DNA of 64,000 nt from a virus. Shown here one piece after another: positions 39,163 through 49,118 of the stretch. The DNA is taken from the IMG/VR virus record IMGVR_UViG_3300025603_000009, positions 1 through 64,000 of that record. One strand, written 5' to 3'. The position numbers and the translations under genes were made by a program. The notes below the pieces were generated by a model, which saw nothing but the letters and a program-made list of their open reading frames with translations, searched no databases and was not told where the DNA came from. Position 1 is the first letter of the stretch; every line of letters starts with the position of its first letter.

Positions 39163-40739
39163 TCTTTACATGGGTCAGTACAACAATAATTTTGTAATCC
39201 ACTAATTATACAAGCTAAATCTAAAATTTTGTTTAGAGTTACTGAATCAATATTTTGAAGTGCTTGTGAAAATATTTCATTGTCGTGCATAGTTAACAGA
39301 AAATAACCAGCACCACTTATAGCTAATGAACCTATATCATACATAGAATCACAACCAGAACAACCATCAGAACAGCCACAATCTCCTTGACCTATTGTTA
39401 TAGTTTTAGCTAAAAGACATTTTTGAAAATTACAATCTGCAACAAAATAATAATATTTAATAACTTCACCATTTGTCCATTTAATACGGTATACACCATC
39501 AGTTGGAGCAGTAAAAATAACAGTATCGTTAATATCATTAACAGTGTCAACAAGAACTTCAGCTATATTATTACTACTTAAATGTTGTTCTACTTTCCAT
39601 GTTGCACCATCTAAAGCATAATTTGTAATATTAAATGTATTACATTCACTACGTGTAATATTAAAGTTAGGGCAGATAACAATTGTTTTTGATGTTTGAC
39701 ATTTCATCATTGTTTGACCACTAAGTTTAAAATAAATTTCAGCTAAAACAACTACAGTACCATATTCAGTAGGCTCATAATTAAACAGTGTATTAGCATC
39801 ATTCCAAGCCCCAGGAGTACACGCTATATCTTCCATATCTTGAACTAATAACACTTCTCCAAAAGGCGAATAGATAGTATATACTACTTGAATAGCAGTA
39901 AACAAATATGCAGGAAGTGAAATACCTTCACCAGCATTAGTAATACGAACTTTCATTACTTTATCAAAATCCATAACCATACGGATTTTTAAATTTTCTC
40001 CAACTATTGCCCCACAATTTTCACTACAATTTGCACAAATTGAAAGAATACTTAATTCAGGAACTTGTGTTTCTTCAGGTACAGCAATATCAAGAATACA
40101 AGGTGTAGTTACTAAAGCGTTATTATCTTGTACGCTAAATTCGTAATTAGACTCACCTTTATCACATATAAGAAATTGATCACCATTTGTTTCAACAGCG
40201 TCAACATCAATTAATTTTTTATTCGCAGCTCCAGTAGAAGACGAGTTACAAATACGTAAATTATTTGTAAATGGTATACGGTATTTAACTACAGAAGCAT
40301 ACGCTTCAACAGAACTATTACCTTCAATATAAGGTGATTCAACTAATACAAGTTCAAATACAGGATGTTCTGCATGATTGTTAGCATCTTTACCTAAGTC
40401 ATAACCAGATATAGTAAATGTTTTTTCATAACTTACAACACCTAATTGTATCATTTCAATTTTAAATGTATGTTCATTTTGTAGTACCCAATTAGGTAAA
40501 ACAACCTGACAATAACCATTAACAAAACTGTGTACAAAAGCAGCAACAGTTGATATAGGGTCTGTTACAGCGGCAGTAGGAAAAGTGTCAGTATCGACAT
40601 CATCATTATTATAGATGACAGTATTATTTAATGTCATTCTACAAAAAAGATCCTGTATTGATACAGCATTAATAGTGCCTCCGCATAAATCGGAGGCACT
40701 ATCTTCAGCTGTTCTTTTAATACTAATATTTAAAACCAT
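39156..40739 (-). CDS. putative tail hub protein with Ig-like domains and a Cys-rich C-terminus
   Basis: FTAPTDGVYRI, CGCSDGCSGC and CCTDPCKDC; follows the auxiliary capsid gene. Confidence 0.55.
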   Translation of the reverse strand: MVLNISIKRTAEDSASDLCGGTINAVSIQDLFCRMTLNNTVIYNNDDVDTDTFPTAAVTDPISTVAAFVHSFVNGYCQVVLPNWVLQNEHTFKIEMIQLGVVSYEKTFTISGYDLGKDANNHAEHPVFELVLVESPYIEGNSSVEAYASVVKYRIPFTNNLRICNSSSTGAANKKLIDVDAVETNGDQFLICDKGESNYEFSVQDNNALVTTPCILDIAVPEETQVPELSILSICANCSENCGAIVGENLKIRMVMDFDKVMKVRITNAGEGISLPAYLFTAIQVVYTIYSPFGEVLLVQDMEDIACTPGAWNDANTLFNYEPTEYGTVVVLAEIYFKLSGQTMMKCQTSKTIVICPNFNITRSECNTFNITNYALDGATWKVEQHLSSNNIAEVLVDTVNDINDTVIFTAPTDGVYRIKWTNGEVIKYYYFVADCNFQKCLLAKTITIGQGDCGCSDGCSGCDSMYDIGSLAISGAGYFLLTMHDNEIFSQALQNIDSVTLNKILDLACIISGLQNYCCTDPCKDC

Positions 40740-40748
40740 GACGGTAGA

Positions 40749-41741
40749 TTATGCAGCAGTTTCACTACCAGATTCCGGCTGTGCAGCAGAATCAGTTGCG
40801 AAAACAACAGCCATTAATGATTCAAAATTGGCTTGCGAAATAGTTGAAGCACCATTTGGCATAGCTACAACATATTCATTAAGAGCACCTGGTTGGTTAT
40901 TAATACCATTAAAATTAACAGTATTCCAACGAATCATATACAAATCATAAGTTCCAGTTAAACTTAAATTAGTCTCACGACTAAAATAAAATTCAGCTAG
41001 ATGTGTACGATTTCCTTGACCAAATTCAGGATTTGCGTAATTAATAAAATCTTTTACTTGTGCAACAGTACCAACACCAACAGTTCCTGCAACAGAGTTG
41101 CCTGCACCATCTTTAACAATATCTGCACTTTCAAGAATACCACCAAATCCAACATCAAAAGCAACACCTACGGCATTACCTGTAAATGAAATACCATCAG
41201 CAGCTACAACAGCCGCAGTTACAGTAATGTCAATGAGTGCATTAATCTTTGCTACCAAAGCAGCAAGAATAACAGCAGCATCATCGCCAGTTTTTACAGT
41301 GTAACTTGCGTTCCATTTACGTCTACCACCTTGACCAGGAGATAAAAGACCCGTACTACGATCAATAACTCTAATATATGCTTCATCACCTGCTACAAGA
41401 GTAGGTAAATTTAATGAAGGTGTTCCTGTACCATCGTCACCAAGAAAATCTACTTGAGCAAGCCCAGCAACATAAGTCTTAGCATTATAATTAGCACCAA
41501 TACGTACAATTGGATCAGAAAGAGAGGCACCACCACCAGGTTTACCTACAGCAAACTGAATCGCTTTTACGTCATTAAGACTTGTAGAGGGTGTTTCCAA
41601 CGCTGGAACAACCACACCTTTATCATTAATGATAGCTAATGCACCAGGTGCTAAAAGATCAATTTCATTAATACCTGAAATTACACCTCCACCTGTTTTA
41701 GCTAAATACGCCACATTGTTTAAAACGTGAATTTTGTTCAT
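40749..41741 (-). CDS. auxiliary capsid protein (crAss conserved)
   Basis: 330 aa, Ala/Gly-rich, third gene after MCP. Confidence 0.65.
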   Translation of the reverse strand: MNKIHVLNNVAYLAKTGGGVISGINEIDLLAPGALAIINDKGVVVPALETPSTSLNDVKAIQFAVGKPGGGASLSDPIVRIGANYNAKTYVAGLAQVDFLGDDGTGTPSLNLPTLVAGDEAYIRVIDRSTGLLSPGQGGRRKWNASYTVKTGDDAAVILAALVAKINALIDITVTAAVVAADGISFTGNAVGVAFDVGFGGILESADIVKDGAGNSVAGTVGVGTVAQVKDFINYANPEFGQGNRTHLAEFYFSRETNLSLTGTYDLYMIRWNTVNFNGINNQPGALNEYVVAMPNGASTISQANFESLMAVVFATDSAAQPESGSETAA

Positions 41742-41761
41742 AATAAAATAATTTTATACTG

Positions 41762-42844
41762 TTAAGAGTTAAATACATTTTCTTGAACAAACGCTTCATA
41801 ACCACTACCTTTTTTTAAAGCAATGATTTTTTGAGCGACATTTTCAACTATCTTTCTAGATACATTTGTAGATAACTCAGGGTTCAAACCTAAAGATAAC
41901 GAAATAGGCATCGGTTTCCTAATATAATCTATCGTAGCTTCTCTAACTACGAAATCAGGTGTGTGATGAACACTAAGTTGATTAATATTTAAATTAGACA
42001 CGGGTGAAGACCAAATTGTTTTTGTAAGACTAAATTTAAGTGTACCTCTTATATCATTTATTTCAGTTAATCTATTAAGAGATTCTAATTTTTTTTCAGT
42101 AATAGTATCTTTATATTGAGACAATATAAGCGATCTACTAGCTGTAGTAACTATTTCTTGATCATCACCAGTACCAGAAGTAGCACTAAATGAACCTTGA
42201 TCGGGACCAATTATAATAAAAGTATTAGGATAATGTGTACCCCTCCAATATTCCCAATGCGCTTCATAACCATCTAATAAATTTATATCGTTAAGAATTA
42301 AATCTATTAATACAAATTTTTGTTTATTATCTCCAAAGCCTCCACTTAAATTAGTATAATTATCAATTGAAAATAAAATATCTTGTGATTCACCTTGTGG
42401 AGTATATGCGAGGGTATAACCATCAAATTTAGCAACATTATCTTCAAACACTAAAGAAGAATAATGTAGTTCAACATTATTTCTATTAGTGGCAACGTTT
42501 AATGTACTACCACATTTATACTGAAGATCACTAGATATATCTTCTAACAAGTGTAAATAATTAGAGGGTAGCTGACCAGCCACCCTCTTATCATTTATAT
42601 AGTATAAACTAATTGGATAATCTAATACGTACAAAGTCTGTAAATCATCTAATCTTTTTTGAGAACTATCTATAGTAGTTTTATCAGGCGTATTAGCAGG
42701 TGCAAGACGTTGACGAATAAAATCTAATTGACCTTGTGTAAAAAACCAATCTTTTTCTTCAGGTCTTATATTACCTACAGATTTAGACATTACCTCTTGA
42801 ATTTTAAGGTCTAAATCAACGTGCATTTCAAAAACAGTATACAT
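41762..42844 (-). CDS. head-tail ring protein
   Basis: EMH...PEEKDWFF...QKRLDDLQTL...IDYIRKP motifs. Confidence 0.75.
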   Translation of the reverse strand: MYTVFEMHVDLDLKIQEVMSKSVGNIRPEEKDWFFTQGQLDFIRQRLAPANTPDKTTIDSSQKRLDDLQTLYVLDYPISLYYINDKRVAGQLPSNYLHLLEDISSDLQYKCGSTLNVATNRNNVELHYSSLVFEDNVAKFDGYTLAYTPQGESQDILFSIDNYTNLSGGFGDNKQKFVLIDLILNDINLLDGYEAHWEYWRGTHYPNTFIIIGPDQGSFSATSGTGDDQEIVTTASRSLILSQYKDTITEKKLESLNRLTEINDIRGTLKFSLTKTIWSSPVSNLNINQLSVHHTPDFVVREATIDYIRKPMPISLSLGLNPELSTNVSRKIVENVAQKIIALKKGSGYEAFVQENVFNS

Positions 42845-42854
42845 AGTATTTTAA

Positions 42855-43958
42855 TTACTCAGGATTAAAAGATTTTTTAGCAGTTTTATTAGAGTGTTTA
42901 GTAGTATCAGTGCCGTCAAAAATTATTTCTTTAACAACGGGTAAATCATTAACTACATCCTCTTTTATTTTATCAAGTACTTCATTACCTGTAGTAGATT
43001 TAACCTTTACTGCTTTAATATTTCCATCATCTGTTAAAGATAATTGTGCAGGAACTGTAGGTGGATTACTAGATAATTCATCATTAAGTTTTAATCTAGT
43101 TAAAACAATAGATATAATTGGATCGTCTGCTTGTGTTTTAAACTTAGCAATTAACTCAGCAATAGAAGTTGATATAGTTTCAGTACCATACTGTATAATT
43201 TCAGTATTCGGAACTTGAGTAATAATTTTAGCGTCTACAGCATTTTGAATTGCAGCTTTATAAATCAAATCTTTGTCATTAGCAATAATAACAAAGTTTT
43301 TTGATTTTGTAATAGCTAAATCTTGACACAAAACAGTTAGATTTTCTTCTAATACATTCTTATATTTAGCATTATCAGGTGCAAGTAATCGCATACCGAT
43401 AACAATATTTCTAAGCATTTTATTATCATTTGCTATTTCAAGATACTTTGCCATCGCCTGTGAACGGAGTTCAGTAATCTTTCTAGCGGCAGCATTTTTG
43501 GCGTCAATAGAATCCATATAAAAACGAATTTTTTCAGACTTGTGCTGTTCTTGTGGTGTGTTAGCTACACGACCATACACTAAACAATATCTCCAAAGTA
43601 CATAATCTGCAATATTTAAAGGTTTGCCAAATTCATGCTTATTTTCTTCATTTGCACTTTCTCCTAGAGAAGCATTTTTAGTGTCTGTATAACTGAACCC
43701 AGTTTCAAGAAGTAATCCTTCAACTGGTACAATTTTACCAATATTTGCCCAATAATCAGAAACAGCTTTTTCCCACCTATCACTAGAAGGGCGTGTATCA
43801 ATTATCTTTACAAGATATTTATTCTCTTCTTCGTATGTAAGAGGACGTGTTTTTGTAAAAGATGCACCTATTTTTTGAACAGGTTCAATATGTTCTTGTC
43901 CAGGAAGAAAAGAACGACGACGTAAAAGTATATTAACTTTTTTAGACTTATTAATCAT
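42855..43958 (-). CDS. conserved crAss protein downstream of MCP
   Basis: PLNIADYVLWRYCLVYGRVAN..KIRFYM motif; gene order. Confidence 0.75.
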   Translation of the reverse strand: MINKSKKVNILLRRRSFLPGQEHIEPVQKIGASFTKTRPLTYEEENKYLVKIIDTRPSSDRWEKAVSDYWANIGKIVPVEGLLLETGFSYTDTKNASLGESANEENKHEFGKPLNIADYVLWRYCLVYGRVANTPQEQHKSEKIRFYMDSIDAKNAAARKITELRSQAMAKYLEIANDNKMLRNIVIGMRLLAPDNAKYKNVLEENLTVLCQDLAITKSKNFVIIANDKDLIYKAAIQNAVDAKIITQVPNTEIIQYGTETISTSIAELIAKFKTQADDPIISIVLTRLKLNDELSSNPPTVPAQLSLTDDGNIKAVKVKSTTGNEVLDKIKEDVVNDLPVVKEIIFDGTDTTKHSNKTAKKSFNPE

Positions 43959-43976
43959 TGTCTTTATATTAAAAGT

Positions 43977-44007
43977 AAAAAATAGAGGCGTATTTCTACG
44001 CCTCTAT
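43977..44007 (-). terminator. terminator after MCP
   Basis: Minus strand TAGAGGCGTA-GAAA-TACGCCTCTA-T6. Confidence 0.85.
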
Positions 44008-44028
44008 AATGAATAATTAAACTATAAA

Positions 44029-45501
44029 TTAGAATGTTTCAATGTCACACTCTAAGTTGAAACAGTGAGTTGCACGATTAATGCAAATACCCTTAGAACT
44101 TAAAAAGTGTACACTTGACATATCTTGATCGGTTGCTATGTTATTAACAGCATTACCACCAAAATCATATGGCGTATCAGCCATACCGTGAAGAACACCA
44201 GTCTTCATTGAACGTCCACGTTCTGTAGCCATTTGAACATTACGAACACCGTCGTAATTACTCATATCTAAGAACACCATACGATAAGACTCAAGAGGCT
44301 TACCCGATTCAGGGTGTAAATTAGATTTTTGAGCACGTCCACCTTGATCAAAAAGAGGAATTTTCTTAACAGTAATGGTATGACCATCTACGTGACGGTA
44401 CGTACTAAAGTAAGCACCATACACCATATCATAGCCTTGTCCTGTAACAAACTTATCACCGACATTAGACTGCTTAACCATTTCAAATCCACTACCATCT
44501 TCTTTAATAGCACGATCAAATTCTTCAGCACCACCTTCTCCAGTAAACAAAACAACATTCATTTGACCTGTATCAGTCGCTCCGTACATAACGTCTGTAA
44601 CAGTATTTTTCAGCTTACGTAAAGTAAGACGAGAATATGTATCGTTATTAGGAATTTGATCTAGTACACCTGCACCAATTGGAATAGGCTTACCAGTCTT
44701 TTTATCTCTTTGCGGAATAGTACCATCTGCAAGTCTGTTATAACGAGAATACCAATAATGTTCTTCACACGCTTGTTTCCAGTTTAACATATGTTGCCAC
44801 CGTTCAAAATCAATCCACTTACTAGTCTTTTTACCGTTAATATTAAATTCAACAGTTACATACTTGTTGTTAATATTACCAGCAATACCATAAGACTTAC
44901 GTAGAATTGATATTTGGTTCTTCATTTTTCCAGGAGTAACTACATTACTCTCATTTCCAAACGATAGAGATTGTGCTACAGGAGCACCACCAACCATACC
45001 CCAAGTATTCCCAGAAGCAAGTTCAGAAGGATTACAATAAGCACTAGCATCACCATTGGCAAGAATCAGTGTGTATTGCCACCCACCAGGAACTTGTTCA
45101 CGATTACGAATAAGTGCTTGAGTATTTTCAGGAGACTCAATCATATGTTGATCACGAAGCCAATTTGTCTTAAACACAACAAAAAATTCTGTGTGATTAA
45201 GTCCAGGTTTATCACTAGCACCATATGAATTAGAAACTACAATATCTGTAGTTTTAAGACGGTTAAAAGTATCCCATTCGTACTCAATATCATTAAGTTC
45301 AACGGGTTTTATACCACCTTTTTGACCTTCTGTTAGGAAAGACAATGGAAATCTTTTATCTTCACGACCTGCAAGGTGTGTGATTACAGGATTTATCTTA
45401 TCGGGCTTTGTTAACAATGCACGTGTAAGTGTATCCTGATCTGTAAAAGACGAACCATCATAACCATCGCTATAAAGGACACGAGCTGTATTACTAGACA
45501 T
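44029..45501 (-). CDS. major capsid protein
   Basis: 490 aa; FPLSFLTEG, MKNQISILRKS, IPIGAGVLDQI, FSTYRHVDGHTITV and PLESYRMVFLD crAss MCP motifs. Confidence 0.92.
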   Translation of the reverse strand: MSSNTARVLYSDGYDGSSFTDQDTLTRALLTKPDKINPVITHLAGREDKRFPLSFLTEGQKGGIKPVELNDIEYEWDTFNRLKTTDIVVSNSYGASDKPGLNHTEFFVVFKTNWLRDQHMIESPENTQALIRNREQVPGGWQYTLILANGDASAYCNPSELASGNTWGMVGGAPVAQSLSFGNESNVVTPGKMKNQISILRKSYGIAGNINNKYVTVEFNINGKKTSKWIDFERWQHMLNWKQACEEHYWYSRYNRLADGTIPQRDKKTGKPIPIGAGVLDQIPNNDTYSRLTLRKLKNTVTDVMYGATDTGQMNVVLFTGEGGAEEFDRAIKEDGSGFEMVKQSNVGDKFVTGQGYDMVYGAYFSTYRHVDGHTITVKKIPLFDQGGRAQKSNLHPESGKPLESYRMVFLDMSNYDGVRNVQMATERGRSMKTGVLHGMADTPYDFGGNAVNNIATDQDMSSVHFLSSKGICINRATHCFNLECDIETF

Positions 45502-45528
45502 TTTTTAAGTTTTAAAATTAATATTCAA

Positions 45529-46761
45529 TTATAAAAATTTGCCAAGATCGACATCATCTAGGCTTAACAAGCCTTCAGGATTTTGACGTGATTGACTTTG
45601 AGTAGAAGTAGATTTACTTAGAAGTTCTCTAAGAGATTTTACTTTTTCTTTTTGAGCTAAATCTTTTGCTAAATCTGCAACACTCAATTTTTTAAACAAT
45701 AGATAATCCATCATAATAGCATCTTCATCACTAAGATTTTGATAGTCAAGTCTAGCTTGACTATTACCGTTAGCATCAACAGAAGAAGCACGATACTTAT
45801 GAAACGTATCAGCAGTAGTTTTATCTAATTTTATAGTACCCGCAGTAGTAACAATTTGACCACTTTTAACTTTAGCTTCTTGAGCTAACCAGTAATCTTT
45901 AATTTGTTTTGTTTCTGCTTGTTGACTTAATGCAATCTGACTTTCTTGAGCAGCCATCTTTTGTGCATCTATACCAACTAATTCTTTTTTAGCATTTGTA
46001 GCTTCAATAAAGGAATCTTTAGTTTCTACAATATTTGTAGCTACTGTACTAGCAAGTTCTTTAGGAATACCTCTAGCAACTAAAGAATCAACAATAATAG
46101 ATTTATGTTGAGCAGTATCTTCTTTTGCAATATTTACACTATTCCAATCTTTACTTCCTGATAAATCTTCAAGTTTTCCACCTGTAGCAAGTGTAGTATA
46201 AATTCTACGAAATTGCGGATGTGAATCTAAAAGAGAATCTATACCACTTTGTCTTTGTGATATAGAATAATCTGATAAGTAATCTTTTACACTAGTGTAT
46301 TTTTTAGGTGCATTATTTTCATCTAAAGGACTAAAACCAAGATTGCTGCTAAGAGCTTTAAGTGTTTTATCAAGACCAGTACTATCGCTAGTATCAACAT
46401 CCTTACCAAACTCTTTTTCCAGTGTGTCAATGTCTGCCAAAACAGTACCATTTGCATCAACAGCGTTTCCTTTATCATCAAATTTAATAGCTTTGTATTT
46501 CTTTAAAATACTATCACGAAATTTATCTTCTGCAGATTTATTATCGTCACTATCATCATCGTTGTTACTGTCACCATCATCGTTAGACGCTGTATATTCA
46601 GTACCATCAATGTTTACGCGTTGACCTTCTACATTTTTATATGTACCATCATCGTTTTTACTAACACCTTCACCAAGTGAAGAATCATCTTCATTACCTG
46701 TATCAAGTGTATCTATAAGACCGTCAAGGTCTAAACCATCCAAATCTATTTCTTCTGACAT
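45529..46761 (-). CDS. acidic scaffold-like protein between portal and MCP
   Basis: D-rich N-terminus and helical body; likely ATG at 46761. Confidence 0.7.
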   Translation of the reverse strand: MSEEIDLDGLDLDGLIDTLDTGNEDDSSLGEGVSKNDDGTYKNVEGQRVNIDGTEYTASNDDGDSNNDDDSDDNKSAEDKFRDSILKKYKAIKFDDKGNAVDANGTVLADIDTLEKEFGKDVDTSDSTGLDKTLKALSSNLGFSPLDENNAPKKYTSVKDYLSDYSISQRQSGIDSLLDSHPQFRRIYTTLATGGKLEDLSGSKDWNSVNIAKEDTAQHKSIIVDSLVARGIPKELASTVATNIVETKDSFIEATNAKKELVGIDAQKMAAQESQIALSQQAETKQIKDYWLAQEAKVKSGQIVTTAGTIKLDKTTADTFHKYRASSVDANGNSQARLDYQNLSDEDAIMMDYLLFKKLSVADLAKDLAQKEKVKSLRELLSKSTSTQSQSRQNPEGLLSLDDVDLGKFL

Positions 46762-46764
46762 AAT

Positions 46765-46795
46765 CAAATATATTACTTTATGTTTTTATATGAAA
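46765..46795 (-). promoter_or_regulatory. Bacteroidota sigma-type promoter
   Basis: TTTC-N19-TATATTTG versus consensus TTTG-N19-21-TAnnTTTG. Confidence 0.6.
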
Positions 46796-46832
46796 CTTAT
46801 AGTGTATTAAACTCCTAGTATATAAATCATGC

Positions 46833-49118
46833 TTACTTATTAGTAGCCTGATTAGCTTTATTTCTTTCAATTGCCATTTTATCATTATGTTGTTGACGTT
46901 TAAAGGCTAATTCTTCATCTTTTGTAGCATTTTCATTTGCAATACCATCGTTATCTGCATCATTATCTGCGCCTTGTAAGGAACGAATATTTGCAACTTC
47001 AATTGCTTCTCTGTATTGACTATCAGCAACATATTGACTAGTTTCAGATTGTTTATCAATTTTATATTTATCGCTTTCAGATTTAATTTTTGCTGTATTT
47101 TCGTCCATTTTCTTAAGACTCATATTATACTGACGCTCAATTTTATCTGCTTTATCAACAATAACTTTTATTTTAGCAAAATTATCTTCATCAATTAATT
47201 CAACTAATGTATTAGCTTTTAACCCATTTTGTAATAGTGGGTGTAATGCTGCTTTCAGCATCTCAATTTTTTCTTTTTCTTTTTTACTTACTTTATGAAA
47301 TACATCATAATTATTTAAAGCATATACTTCAGGTTCAATATTTAAATAAACAGTATCTTGTAAGCTATTAACATATTTAGCTTTTTTACCATCTATCCAA
47401 GCAACACGAGAAGCATCTATTAAACCGGTTTTATCTTCTTCTTGAAATACAGTAAATTTACGAGATAATTCAGCAGTAATCATACCACTACGATGAAGAG
47501 CTTCTTGAGTAACAGCTTTACCATCTGAAGCTTTAGCTTCACCTAAACGTTGACGATTAAATCCTACAGTATCCCACCACTCATTTTTAATGTACTCTAA
47601 TAGCTTAGTAATATCGGCTATATATTGACCTGTACTTAAATCAACGTCTTTTATAGCTTGTATAATTTGTTGAAATCTATCATGTGTTTCATCCCACCAT
47701 AGCATACGAGTTGAATCAGCAGTATATAACCACTTATCATAACTCCAACCTTTAGGTTTAAGTCCTTTAGGCATTAACAATAGCTTACCTTTATTAGCAG
47801 CCATCATTAACTCTAAACGATAATGATAAATATTAAACAATACTTGAAACGGTAAACCCATTTTACCGTATGACACAATTTCAGATGAATATGTACTTTC
47901 AACAATACCTGAATAAGGCAATCTACATTTACTTGTATTATTAATATCTTGACGCTGTAAAGGAATAAGTTTCCAACAATTAGGACGTTTTACTTTACCT
48001 TTATCTGTTTCTTCTTGAACGTCACTACCTATACCAGGATATATATTTTCATCTAAACGATAACCTTCAGCAACTGCATTAATATATTCTGTATCAAGTT
48101 TAATATCACCTCTTGTTTTATCTAATTTATATGTTTCATCAACTTCTTTTTCACTTTCTTCACCTAACGCTGTAGTATAAGTTAAAATTTTAATCTTTTT
48201 TTGAGTTTTCCAAACAATATGAAACTCATAAATATAACTATCAAAAGATAAAGGATCTTGAGCCGTACTTATAAAAGTACCTGTTAAATCTCCAGGAATA
48301 ACACTTTCATACTTTTTATTAAGTGCCTCTAAATCTTTAGTACTTAAATGTTTTCTATGTTTGTCTATAGCTTCACTAAAAGTTAATCTTTTTCTACGTA
48401 CAGCAACATCTTTAAGTTCAACTGAACGTGTATTAGGGTCACCCGCAACCCACAATTCATCGGGTCTAACATATTCATAATGTACATCGTTAAAGCGTAC
48501 ATCTTTATATGAATAACAACGTCCTGTAATTATATAATCTTTCCAGCACTCTTGATGTTTATCATTTATACGGTTCGCATAAATTAAATACTCCAAAGCA
48601 TTTTGACCTTGAATTGTAGCACTATCTTTAAAAGATTTTTTACGTTCATCCATAACTTGCGCTATAGGTGGAAGTTCTTCTTTTTCAGAACCTGTATCTA
48701 TACCCAGTTCTTTTAATGTATTAGCAACACGAAGTTGAATTTCATTACGTAAGGTACTTGATAGAAATGTTAAATATTCATTTTCTGTTTCAGGATTGGT
48801 ACTAATTACATTAGCACTACTAGGTTCAAATATCTTTTCTCCTGTCATTGCATCAATAACAGGTTTTAAAATATTTATACTTCGCATTTTTGCAGGTAAA
48901 TTTCTAGGTACATTTTCCTCACTGTTATAAGGATTTGTCACATACTTGTACATATCAGCATCAATCTCCCCTTCATACGCTCTATAAATATCCGTTATTT
49001 GTGACAACGAATAATTAGAAAGTCCAGATTGTTCAACATAATAATCTATATTAGCTTTGCCCCATTCAAAACTTTTTTCTTTAAACGGAACAGCTTGTTT
49101 TGGAAGTGTACTACCCAT
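46833..49118 (-). CDS. portal protein
   Basis: 761 aa; YKYVTNPY..LPAKMRSINILKP, CRLPYSG, PFQVLFNIYHYRLE..ANKGK and GFNRQRLG motifs. Confidence 0.92.
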   Translation of the reverse strand: MGSTLPKQAVPFKEKSFEWGKANIDYYVEQSGLSNYSLSQITDIYRAYEGEIDADMYKYVTNPYNSEENVPRNLPAKMRSINILKPVIDAMTGEKIFEPSSANVISTNPETENEYLTFLSSTLRNEIQLRVANTLKELGIDTGSEKEELPPIAQVMDERKKSFKDSATIQGQNALEYLIYANRINDKHQECWKDYIITGRCYSYKDVRFNDVHYEYVRPDELWVAGDPNTRSVELKDVAVRRKRLTFSEAIDKHRKHLSTKDLEALNKKYESVIPGDLTGTFISTAQDPLSFDSYIYEFHIVWKTQKKIKILTYTTALGEESEKEVDETYKLDKTRGDIKLDTEYINAVAEGYRLDENIYPGIGSDVQEETDKGKVKRPNCWKLIPLQRQDINNTSKCRLPYSGIVESTYSSEIVSYGKMGLPFQVLFNIYHYRLELMMAANKGKLLLMPKGLKPKGWSYDKWLYTADSTRMLWWDETHDRFQQIIQAIKDVDLSTGQYIADITKLLEYIKNEWWDTVGFNRQRLGEAKASDGKAVTQEALHRSGMITAELSRKFTVFQEEDKTGLIDASRVAWIDGKKAKYVNSLQDTVYLNIEPEVYALNNYDVFHKVSKKEKEKIEMLKAALHPLLQNGLKANTLVELIDEDNFAKIKVIVDKADKIERQYNMSLKKMDENTAKIKSESDKYKIDKQSETSQYVADSQYREAIEVANIRSLQGADNDADNDGIANENATKDEELAFKRQQHNDKMAIERNKANQATNK

